A stretch of DNA of 64,000 bases from contig NIVC01002367.1 of assembly GCA_002269645.1 (NCBI GenBank), positions 1 to 64,000 on the forward strand. The letters are read 5' to 3'. The position numbers were made by a program, and so were the translations under genes. The notes beneath the pieces were generated by a model. The model worked only from the letters and a program-made list of their open reading frames with translations. It was not told the DNA's origin and did no database searches. How positions within the stretch are numbered: the first letter of the stretch is position 1; every line of letters begins with the position of its first letter. This document shows, one piece after another, positions 50,217 through 60,045 of this stretch. This DNA comes from Macrostomum lignano. Lineage: Eukaryota.

Positions 50217-51413
50217 ATGGCCACCGGTACCGATTACGCGAGCGAGTCCCAGCGTCCGAAGCTGTCCATCGAAGGCTTGCGGCTGGGCCCTATGCAAGGT
50301 TCTGTTACTGGCCGAGTGATTGGAGAGCCCTACAATGTTTCGGACTTTAAAAGCAAAGGAGGCAAAGCGCAGGTGTTCTCCTTTGTTCTGGGAGACGAGA
50401 CTGCCGAAATTCGGGTCAGTGTGTTCGGCAAAGAGGTACGGCCACTGCATGACATCTGCAAGAGCGCCCAGGTTGTTCGCATTGCTGGCGGGTTTGTGAA
50501 GTCGTCACATCCAACCTACAACAGAACTGACAACAAGTTGGAGGTGTCCCTGTCTATGGATTCCAAAGGCAGTATCGTTTTAAGCAATGAGTTAGTGAGC
50601 TCTCGTCAAGTTGAGTTCACAGACATTTTCGAATTAGGCAATTTGGCTTCGAAGAAGTAAGCAAATATTATATGCTAATTTTTTGTATTCAATGGGCAAT
50701 AAAAATATTGCTGAATTTATAAATTTATTATCCAAATTCGAATTTTACAGGCTTGTAAATGTGTCGGGGGTGATAACCGCTGTCACACCGAGAAAAGAAG
50801 TCCAGAAGAAGGACCAGAGCATGGTTGCCTTAAGTAAGGTGACCCTGGTGGACAGTTCAAAGTCGTCCGTAGAATGCGCATTCTGGGGCGACAAAGCTGA
50901 CCAGGTTCAATGGTGGTCCATCGGCGACATTCTGGAGATCAGAAGAGCTGCGATGCATGAATATGCCGGGATGGTGACGCTAACCTGCACGGAAGCTAGA
51001 AAATGCGACTCTGATGATTACAAATCGTTGAGCAAGTGGTTTGATGAAGCCCAAAAAGAGGAACTAGGGTTCTCTCCCGTTATGGCGTCGCAGTCCATGA
51101 TGGAACAGCAGTCGCAAACACATCAGCCTGACAGTACAAGGGTTTTGGTCTATGAGCATCCACCAGAAGCTCTGCAGCACTACGGGAGTGTTGAGCAGAT
51201 CCAGCTACGATTTGGAGAAATATCGGTAAGCATTATTTAATTGCTATTTATATAATAAAAAAGTAATTCATTTAACAAGTCAATTTGTATATATTTACCG
51301 AACTCCTTTTGTTACAGTTAACATTCAATCGAAATGAACAGCAGCCAGTGACCAGCACTCCAGAGCCATCAACTAGGCGTAAGCAGAATCAAGATTCAAC
51401 TTATTTAGTGTGA
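50217..51413 (+). CDS. RPA70-like ssDNA-binding protein with two OB folds (DBD-A/B-like); exons 50217-50656, 50751-51225, 51318-51413 (336 aa)
   Basis: VFSFVLGDETAEIRVSVF and LVNVSGVITAV...VTLVDSSKSSVECAFWG resemble RPA70 OB-A/OB-B; splice phases sum to 1011 nt. Confidence 0.82.
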
Positions 51414-52449
51414 GTGAATTCATAGAAAGCCCGTGAAACTCTTGCGATGTTTGTGATATTGTGAGTCACATAGAGGCTTTTTTTGCTCAACTGAGTGGTT
51501 TGAAGGAATTAAAATATAAAATATAAATATATACTATGTTTGCATCATTAAAATCAAAATCAAAATATAGATACTGACAGTCTTCGTTTGGTTCTTTGGT
51601 GTTTTTTATCTTTCGATTATTTTTTAAAATGAAATTTTTGGAATCTAATCTATGGGTCTTAACCATAGATCTTATATTCTCTAGATATGCCACTCTCGGT
51701 GCATTCAATAGGAAAAGACCGACCACGCGAATTGCAAGAAAATTTATTTAAGCCGACAGCGTTTGAGAAAGTCTGAGGTCAGTAGCTTAAAGGGACATAG
51801 ACATATTTCTTTCGTGGTTACAAGAATATTCGCAACAGACACAAAGTCACTGGTCGTCGCGACCTTGCGCTTTGCTATCAAACAAATGGGCGAAAGAGCG
51901 CTGAATTCGGGGCTGCAGCATACATAAATTGCCACCACCAACAAGTAATTGAGTCAAAATGTTGCTGCACAACTTCCCTAGAAGTGGCTCTGCTGCTCAG
52001 AAGTGGATTAAAGCGTTAAGCAACCCTGAAGTCGATCTCCTTTCAGTCATAGGATTCAGGCATAGCCTTTTTCCGAAACAAGGGCTACACGGACTGCAAG
52101 CAAATATGGCTTGCGCCTGCCATCTAATTATTAAAAAAACCATTAATACGCACACAAGCTACTGACCTGATATCGTGGTCGCAAAATCTTCAAGAAAGAC
52201 GAAGGCTCTATGGGTGTGCTTATGGTCGTGAGTGGCTTATCTAGGGAATATAAGATCGATGGTCTTAACTATGCATTGGGGGTATTAATAAGCCGACTGA
52301 ATTTAATTATTGATGCTTAAAAGAAGGAGGAATTTGTCTTCCTATGGAGTCATTTGTCATAGGTGAATGAGTTTTCTTTTTATTGCTACAGTATTTTAAG
52401 TGATAGACAAATAGGTATGTAGACAAATGATAGACAAATGATAGACAAA

Positions 52450-52461
52450 TGGCGCCCGAAC
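52450..52461 (+). promoter_or_regulatory. Primer-binding site TGGCGCCCGAAC (tRNA-Lys type)
   Basis: Matches the known tRNA-Lys PBS word; follows ...GACA+AA and precedes gag. Confidence 0.75.
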
Positions 52462-52504
52462 CAAAATCACAGTAAAATCAAGCAGTGAGCGCAAGAGTGC
52501 TACA

Positions 52505-54281
52505 GTGACTCAGCGATTTTTCAACAACAGCATGGACTCCAGGAAGAGAGGCGTGTTACGAGCGACGGTCACCAGACTGGCACAGAAAGCCGAAGACCTG
52601 CTCAAAACAGATGCTGCTGAAGATGAAATCGACAGCGTTCTAGAGGCTCTACGGTTCAAGAAGCAGCAGCTCCAAGCAGCAGATGAAGAGCTCGCCGCGG
52701 AGGTTGACGAGAAGGACGTGCAGGCTGAAGCAGAGACGACAATGGAGTACGACCTGCTGGCTGGCAAATTGATCTCGAACCTCACCAGACGGCTCCAGGA
52801 GCTTCAGACCGCGCGGACCGGCACGCCGCAGGCAACAAATCTGCTGCAGAATACAGCCATACAGACGACGACTTCGTCCAAGTCTTCGGAAGAGAATTCT
52901 TCAACGACAAGGACTCAGACTGCCATCAGGTTGCCAAAACTGCCGCCACCGTCATTCAGTGGCGATCGGACCCAATGGACGGAATTCTGGGACCGCTTCA
53001 ACTCCAGTATCCATGACAACCCGAGCCTGAGTGTCGTCGACAAATTCAGCTACCTGCAGTCGTGTCTGTCTGGGGAAGCCCGAAACTCGATCGCTGGTCT
53101 CAACATCACGAAGGACAACTACCATATCGCCATCGACAACCTGCAACGACGATTTGGATCCCGCAACGGAGCCGTGCGCGAGCACCTGGCAAAGTTCTCG
53201 GTGCTGACCTGCTCCAGTTCGTCGGCACAGCACCTGAGGAATTTCTACGACCAAGTCAATGGAAATGTCCGCAGTCTGACGAATCTCGGGGTGAGTGTCG
53301 AATCTTACGAGTCCATGTTGCTGCCCAACTTGCTGGCGAAGCTGCCGGAAGTCGTTCGTCTCGGGATGCTGAGAACTGCTCGGATTGCTTCCGTCGGTTA
53401 TTCCTTTGGTAGCAGCTTGTCGCAGATGAGGGATGGCAATGGCTTAGATTCTGTGACGGAGTTTCTGCAGGTCTTGGAAATGGAGATTTTAGTCCGGGAG
53501 GAGGCGGCCGTTGGAGCTGCAGGGCAGACGTCCGGTTCCAATGGAGCGTCCAAGACTGCTGGTGAGAAACAGACAAGGGATGGCGGCACAGTGGCTGCGC
53601 TTCACACGAAGGTCAAAAAGGTCAGCACGGCTTGTCCCTTCTGCGAAACTGAACATGCTCCAGAGAAGTGCACTCGCCTGGTAGACGTTGCGGCACGACT
53701 CCAGTTTTTGAAGGAGCAGAGGCGTTGCTTCAGCTGTCTCTGCAAGGGACACAGCGTCAAGACCTGCTACCACAAGAAGCAATGTGAATTCTGCCAGATG
53801 AAGCATCACCCAAGTCTCTGTAGCGCACGCATGGAGAAGCTGCAGGGTAAGGATGGACCGAAGGCACCCGGCTCCACACTTGGAAAGGTGGGAGAAGACC
53901 GGAAGAAGTCCGAGCAGGCTGCTGCACAGAATGTGAAGAGTCAAGAAGTGAAGACCATGGCTATGGTGACAAAAGCTCAAACAGTGATCCTTCCAACAGC
54001 GGGAGCTGTACTGATTTCGACTGTTAACAATCAGGAGACTCCGGTGCGAATTCTCTTTGACTCTGCAAGCAACCGTTCGTTCATCTTGACCAGCTTGGCT
54101 GAGAAGATGGGGCTCCAGGTCATGGGCAGAGAGACGATGGAGGTGACAACATTCGGTGGCACAGAGGCCAAGGTGCTGCAGACTGCGATGGTCGAGTTCA
54201 AGCTTCGGAAATCTGACAGCACCGCCCAGTTCACAGTGCGCGCCAACACAGTGCCTTACATCTGCTCTCATCAGCCAGTTG
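52505..54281 (+). CDS. Pao gag-protease (5' part of gag-pol)
   Basis: LPKLPPPSFSGDRTQWTEFWDRF; CPFC..H..C, CFSC...H...C, CEFC...H...C; ILFDSAS protease motif. Confidence 0.93.
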
Positions 54282-54571
54282 CACGCGAAGGTGTATTCAG
54301 CACGCCAGTGAAGTATGAGACAGACCAGGCCTAAGGGCTACGGTCTGCGATGCTTCACGCCTGCCCCTATATTCAGCAGGTCAAGGCTGGAGAGGGAGGT
54401 CTGCACCCGCTATTTGCCACTGGCAGCCGCAGACCCCCCCCCCCTCACGCTGTTTCACAAGTCGACCCAGGGTACTCGTCCCCGCGTGTGTTCAAGGCAG
54501 ACCCTAGGGCTGCTGGACAGACTGGGCTCCGACGCTGGCGACCCAACCAGTGGCTTCGGCCGAATTTGGGT
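54281..54571 (+). ncRNA. Putative HDV-like self-cleaving ribozyme at the LINE 5' end
   Basis: P1 GCACGCG/CGCGUGU (G1-U wobble), P2 ACCCA/UGGGU, P3 GGG/CCC, L3 UACUCGU, P1.1 AC/GU, J4/2 C-GAA; long J1/2 with two hairpins. Confidence 0.72.
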
Positions 54572-54754
54572 ATGCGGGTCTGGCTTGCCAGCCTGCAGGC
54601 CGTGGTACTGCTTAACGTACCCCCTAATGCCTAAGGTGTTTGACCGTGCCGATGGGCTGGAAGGCCGGGGGGTTGTCCGGTCGCTAGCGGTCCTTTTCTT
54701 TTTCTTCTTTCCTCTTTCTTTTGTGACTCAGCTCACTCCTTCCCGCTTTCAGCT

Positions 54755-56221
54755 ATGGCGTCATCCGCCTCTTTAACCCCCGCTGAAGCCGGGGCCCCGG
54801 CAACTCCGGCCGGTGACTCTGGCACCAGCGCCGCCCCACCGGGGGCAGATGGGCTTGCCGCCGGCTCGGCTGGTGACATGCCCGCACGCGCAACCGGGCC
54901 CTCCGCTGAAGCCCGACGCACCCGCAACCAACGCCGCAACGAGCGGCGACGGCGACTACGGGGTACTGCGGGCCGGCCACCGGCGGAAGGGGAACCTAGG
55001 GAGGGCGAGGCTGCTGTTGGGCCGAAAGGAACCACAGCAACCCCTGCCCCCCAGGATACAACCCCCGCTGGTGAGCCACCCAGTATACCTGCTACAAGCG
55101 CGGCCGGGCCTTCGGGAACCGCCGCCACCAACTACGCCTCAAAGGTCAAGCTCCAACCGGCGGTCATCGTCTTCGGGGAAGAGCAGGACCTCACGGCCGA
55201 CGAGCTCGACAGTGCCTGGCGCACCATCGATGCTGCGCTCATCGACCAGCTCCTGGCGGGCCGCCCTGTGAGCGTGGTCAAGTCTGCCAAGACCGACGGC
55301 TGCATCTTCATCTGGTGCAGCTCGGAGGAGAGCAGCCGCAATCTACGCGAGCTTCTGCCAAAGCTGAACTGGCCCAAGAAGCTCGGCAAGCTCGTCTTCG
55401 CCAGCGAGGGCGAACGACAGAAGACCCAGCGCTTTCGCGTCTGGATCCCGGCCGGCAGTGCCATTAAGTCCGGAGATCAGCTTAGGCAAATATTGCTAAA
55501 GCTGCACCCCGACCTTAAGGTCAACGGGCTCCTACACCACGCCACTTCCCGCAAGGAGAAGGGGGCTACGGTGATCCTAGGGCTCTCTGATGACTGGGCT
55601 AAGCGCTTGCCGCCTAAGTCCACAATTCATATTGGTCTGACTCAGCTGACCATCCTCCGTTGCGAGGAGCGGAAAGCTGATGAAGCCAAGAATGCCAAAG
55701 CTTCCGAAACCGGAACTGGGGCCCAGGCTCCTCCGGCAAAGAAGCCGAGGCAAACGGCCGATCCTATGCCCGGTAAGGCAGTTCGCGCTGCTGAAACCGG
55801 AAATCGCAATCGCAGACCCGCCAGGAGCACCCGGAGGTCCGGCCTGATCCAGCGCGCGCTGGACCAGGCCAAGAACCTTCGTGCGCATCGTGAGCGGGCC
55901 CGCGCTTCTCGCGCTCCACCCCAACAGCCAGAAGGCCAGACTCTAAGCGGGGAGGCTCCGACCGACTGGTTCGAGTCTGTGACTCACCAGGAGGCTGGCG
56001 CCACCCGCATCGACCTGACCGACGAGGCAGAGGGGACGGGCAGTGACAGCACCGAAGCACGCAGGAGAGGCGACGGTAACGTCCACGCTGGGCTCACGTC
56101 CGCGGAGGACTCCACAGCCACCCTAACTGCTGAGGACGCTGAAACTCCCATGGAGGTCTGCGGGTCACCCACCACTGAAAAGGAGGAGGATGACCTGCTC
56201 AACGATTCCCCAACTGCGTGA
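54755..56221 (+). CDS. LINE ORF1 (488 aa), DUF4780-like central domain, no CCHC knuckle seen
   Basis: NYASKVK...GCIFIWC region resembles the recalled LOA-clade ORF1 domain; disordered flanks. Confidence 0.75.
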   Translation: MASSASLTPAEAGAPATPAGDSGTSAAPPGADGLAAGSAGDMPARATGPSAEARRTRNQRRNERRRRLRGTAGRPPAEGEPREGEAAVGPKGTTATPAPQDTTPAGEPPSIPATSAAGPSGTAATNYASKVKLQPAVIVFGEEQDLTADELDSAWRTIDAALIDQLLAGRPVSVVKSAKTDGCIFIWCSSEESSRNLRELLPKLNWPKKLGKLVFASEGERQKTQRFRVWIPAGSAIKSGDQLRQILLKLHPDLKVNGLLHHATSRKEKGATVILGLSDDWAKRLPPKSTIHIGLTQLTILRCEERKADEAKNAKASETGTGAQAPPAKKPRQTADPMPGKAVRAAETGNRNRRPARSTRRSGLIQRALDQAKNLRAHRERARASRAPPQQPEGQTLSGEAPTDWFESVTHQEAGATRIDLTDEAEGTGSDSTEARRRGDGNVHAGLTSAEDSTATLTAEDAETPMEVCGSPTTEKEEDDLLNDSPTA

Positions 56222-56223
56222 TA

Positions 56224-59200
56224 ATGATCAGCAACCAGGGAATCCATTGCCTGCAGATTAATCTGCAGCACTGCGTCGCAGCCTCGGTCAACCTTATGCG
56301 TTACGCCGAGCTCGACAAGCCGGGGCTCATCCTCGTCCAGGAACCCTGGACTCTCAGAGGTAAGCCTCAAAACGCCCCTGCTGGCTACAATTGTTTTTAT
56401 ACTTACCCTCGCGAGGCCAACCAGCCTCCCAGAGCTTGCATCTTTGCGAGCAAAACGCTCAGTGCGTGGCTCAGATCGGACCTGTCCAACAGGGACATCT
56501 GCGTCATCCAATCCGAGGACCTTCTTCCTGGGAAGACCACCCTCATTGCCTCGGTTTACCTACCAGGCGATGCTGCGGTCGTCCCCAGAGCCCTCGCTAC
56601 GCTGGTAGAGCTCTGCTCTGCCAAAAACTACGAGCTCATGGTTGCCGGCGACATCAACGCCCACCACACTCACTGGGGCAGCACTGGCATTAATCAGAGA
56701 GGCGAAGACCTCCTAGCCTACGTTGCCTCTACGACCCTCGAGTTCTGCAACTCTGGGTCCACCCCTACCTTTGACAACGGACGGTGGTCGGAGGTGATCG
56801 ACGCTACGCTCGCAACGCCCAGACTCTACCAGAGTATTGGGGCGTGGCGGGTGCTTCCAGTGTCCTCACTATCGGATCACAAGTTCATCTCCTTCAACCT
56901 AATGGCCGCGCGTAGCGCAACTCGTGTTATGTGGAGACGGAACGCCAGAAATACTGATTGGGAAACCTTCGGGCTCGCCCTGAAGGAATTCCATCGGTCT
57001 CCTGGCCAACCATTCACGATCACGTCGTGCCGAGAGGCGGATGAGTGCGCGACTGTTTTGACAGAGACGCTAACCGCCGCCTTTGAGGCGTCCTGCCCTT
57101 TAAAAGCCTATAAAGGGAAAAAATCGGCGCCGTGGTGGAATCCCGAGCTCGGCAACCTCCGTCGCAGGGCTAAGAGACTCCACCGCAGAGCAACTAAAAC
57201 TAAGAGCCCTGCAGACCAAACCGCCTATCATGAAGCAATTCATGAGTTTAAAAGGCAGGTTAGGAATGCAAAGGCTCAAAAATGGCGACAATACTGTGAG
57301 GAGCTAGAGGGCTCACGCCCCACCTCCAGAGTTGTGAAAGCGCTCACGCTGGACAAAATGTCTAAGCTCTCCTCGGTCAAACGCACCGACGGTACGTCCA
57401 CGGACAACCCAGGGGAAACGCTTGATGTAATGCTCACTGCGTTTTTCCCTAACGAGCCAGCTAACCAGACCACTCCGGATCACTCGGAGGGAGGTCACGC
57501 GCTGGCTGCATCTATCATCACGGAGGACCGCATTGTGAGAGCGGCAAATTCCTTCAAGCCTTTCAAAGCCCCAGGACCCGACGGCATTGTACCGGCCCTT
57601 CTAAGAGAGGCGGTTAAATGCCCAGGCTTCCTGCGCAAACTTTGCAGCCTTCTTCGGGCATGCATCACGCTTGGTTATGTCCCGCAGGCATGGACCGAGG
57701 CAAAGGTGATCTTTATCCCTAAGCCAGGCCGCCCGGACTACCATTCTATCAAATCCTTCAGACCGATCAGCTTGACCTCCTCCCTGGTCAAGCTGATGGA
57801 GAGACTGGTGCTTTGGCGCCTTCTCTCTGTTGAGCTGAAGAACAAACCTCTCAGCGAGAACCAGCACGCTTTTCGGGCGGGTCGCTCCACTGAAAGCGCG
57901 CTGCACGTCCTGGTCGATAAACTCGAGAAGGCCGTGCTTGGTAGTGGCTTTGCTCTGGGGATCTTCCTGGACATCATTGGCGCCTTCGATAACGTCCTCT
58001 TTGAGGCGTTCCGAAGAGCTCTTTGTGAGAGGCTAACGCACTCACATCTCACCAGATGGATCATGTACATGATCAGCCATCGCACGGCCACCGCCAGTCT
58101 GCTGGGCTACCAGAGGACGGTCCCCGTCTGCAAAGGTAGCCCGCAAGGTGGGGTGCTGTCTCCAGTTCTCTGGAATATGGTCATCGATGAGCTCCTCCGG
58201 GATGTTCGGCCTGACCCCATTCTGAAAGTTGGATATGCGGACGATGTCACCGCGGTGGCATCTGGTCCGTCCCCTGATACCCTCAGGGACCTTCTTCAGA
58301 ACTTCATCTACGCTGCTGAGCAATGGGCGGACCGCTGTGGTTTAAGGCTCTCTGAGACTAAGACCGCAGCGATCATGTTCACCAGCAGGACCAAGTGGCA
58401 GATTCGGCCGCTCACGCTTTACGGAAGGGAAATCCCCTTCTGCAAGCAGACTAAATGTCTGGGTATTACCCTGGACCACAGGCTGAACTGGTCTCCCCAC
58501 GTTCAAACAAAAGCCAAAAAGGCCTTCGCAGTCCTCGCGCAATTGCGCAGGGCCGTCGGCACCACCTGGGGGCTCACCCCCAAGCGCCTCTGGTGGATCT
58601 ACACTGCAATGGTTAGGCCCGCTATCTCGTATGGCGGCCTGATCTGGGCTAGCGCCCTGCAGATAAAGACCTGTCTAGAGGCTCTCAGGAGAGCGCAAGG
58701 GCGCGCTTGTCGCACGATCATGAGCGCCCCTCCGTCTGCTCCTTACGATGGCCTCAACGCCTTCCTCAACATTCCTCCGCTGGACATCTTTGTCCGCAGG
58801 GAAGCGGCTAAGACTGCCCGCCGTCTAGCTGACGCTGGCATTCGAATCCAGCCCCATAGGGCCATGGCTAAGCGCAAGCTTCTGCCCCACGCTGACCTCT
58901 GCCTCAAGGACTTGAGAGACAGCGGCGGGCTCCACGTCCTATCTGACGGCGAACCCCGCACTCTCAACCTCTTTCAGCGCTACAAGGTCACCATCCCCTC
59001 TAGGGATGCTGCCAATGACCACTGGAATTTCCAGGAGGTCCATTGCTACACGGACGGATCCATCAAAGACGGTCGCGCCGGCTTTGGGGTCTGCATCATC
59101 ATCAACGGCCGCGTAATTGCCACGCATGCCCAGCACACTGGTAGACTCTCCACAGTCTTCCAGAACGAAGTCCTTGCCATCAGCTCTTGCGCTGCAGAGC

Positions 59201-59927
59201 TAAACGCCAAGGTTACGAGAGGAAAGACTATTGTCATCCACTCCGACAGCCAAGCGGCCTTACAGGCCCTTTGCCACACCACAACGAACTCCCGGACAGT
59301 CGCCGACTGCGCCCGGCAGCTCAACCTCCTGGCCAGAAGCAATACTGTCAGGCTGAAGTGGATCCCAGGGCACGCAGGGTTTCCGGGGAACGAGCTGGCA
59401 GACACCCTCGCCAAGAGGGGCGGCTCTGGCTCTTTTTTCGGCCCTGCCCCCTGGTCCCTATGCCCTTGACAGTCATCAATCGTCAGATCGACGACTGGGC
59501 TGACTCCCTCCACAGGGACAGATGGGCGGGCACCCAAAACTGCCGGCAATCTCGTGCCGCGGTTCCTTGCCCGTCTCACAGGCTCAGAAACATCCTTCTG
59601 AACCAGAATCGGAAGGATATTCGAGCCCTTGTCATGACCCTTACCGGCCATGGCTACCTCGCCAGGCACTGCTTCCTCCGAGGCGACCTCGAGAGCGAAA
59701 TTTGCCCCTTTTGCGAGTGCGACAATGAAGATGCTCAGCACTTTGTCTGTCACTGCCCTTTCTTTAACAGAGACCGGCTACGCTACCTCGGGCCGAACCC
59801 GTCCATTGACGAGGTTTGCCAGCCCGACAGCATCCCACGGCTCATCCAGTTCCTTCGGGCGACTAGACGAGCCAGTTTCTTCCCAACGGAAGATCACGCT
59901 GCAGGACGGACCGGCGGACCACCCTGA
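56224..59927 (+). CDS. LINE ORF2: AP endonuclease, reverse transcriptase, RNase H, C-terminal CCHC; one frameshift at ~59450
   Basis: QINLQH..QEPW, GDINAHH..WG, SDH; GSPQGGVLSP, YADD; YTDGS..HSDSQ..WIPGH; CPFC...H...HC in the -1 frame. Confidence 0.95.
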
Positions 59928-60045
59928 CCGGCCCCACGCCTCTGCCTGTCTGCGGGCCTTCAGGGGCTAGCGGAATGGGCGACCCTCGCCTCCCCGCTGT
60001 GTCTACGGACCACCCTGCAGCTAAGTCTAAGTCATCAGCCAGTTG

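Larger units (their letters stand above)
54282..60031 (+). mobile_element. Full-length non-LTR retrotransposon (LOA/Lian-like, APE-RT-RNase H), 14-bp TSD tcatcagccagttg, (CTAAGT)2 tail
   Basis: TSD at 54268-54281 and 60032-60045; Pao frame resumes after it. Confidence 0.96.

Noticed and set aside
51640-51690. Helitron 3' end (tctatgg/ccataga hairpin then CTAG)
   Set aside because: AT-rich stem and CTAG followed by A rather than the expected T; weak
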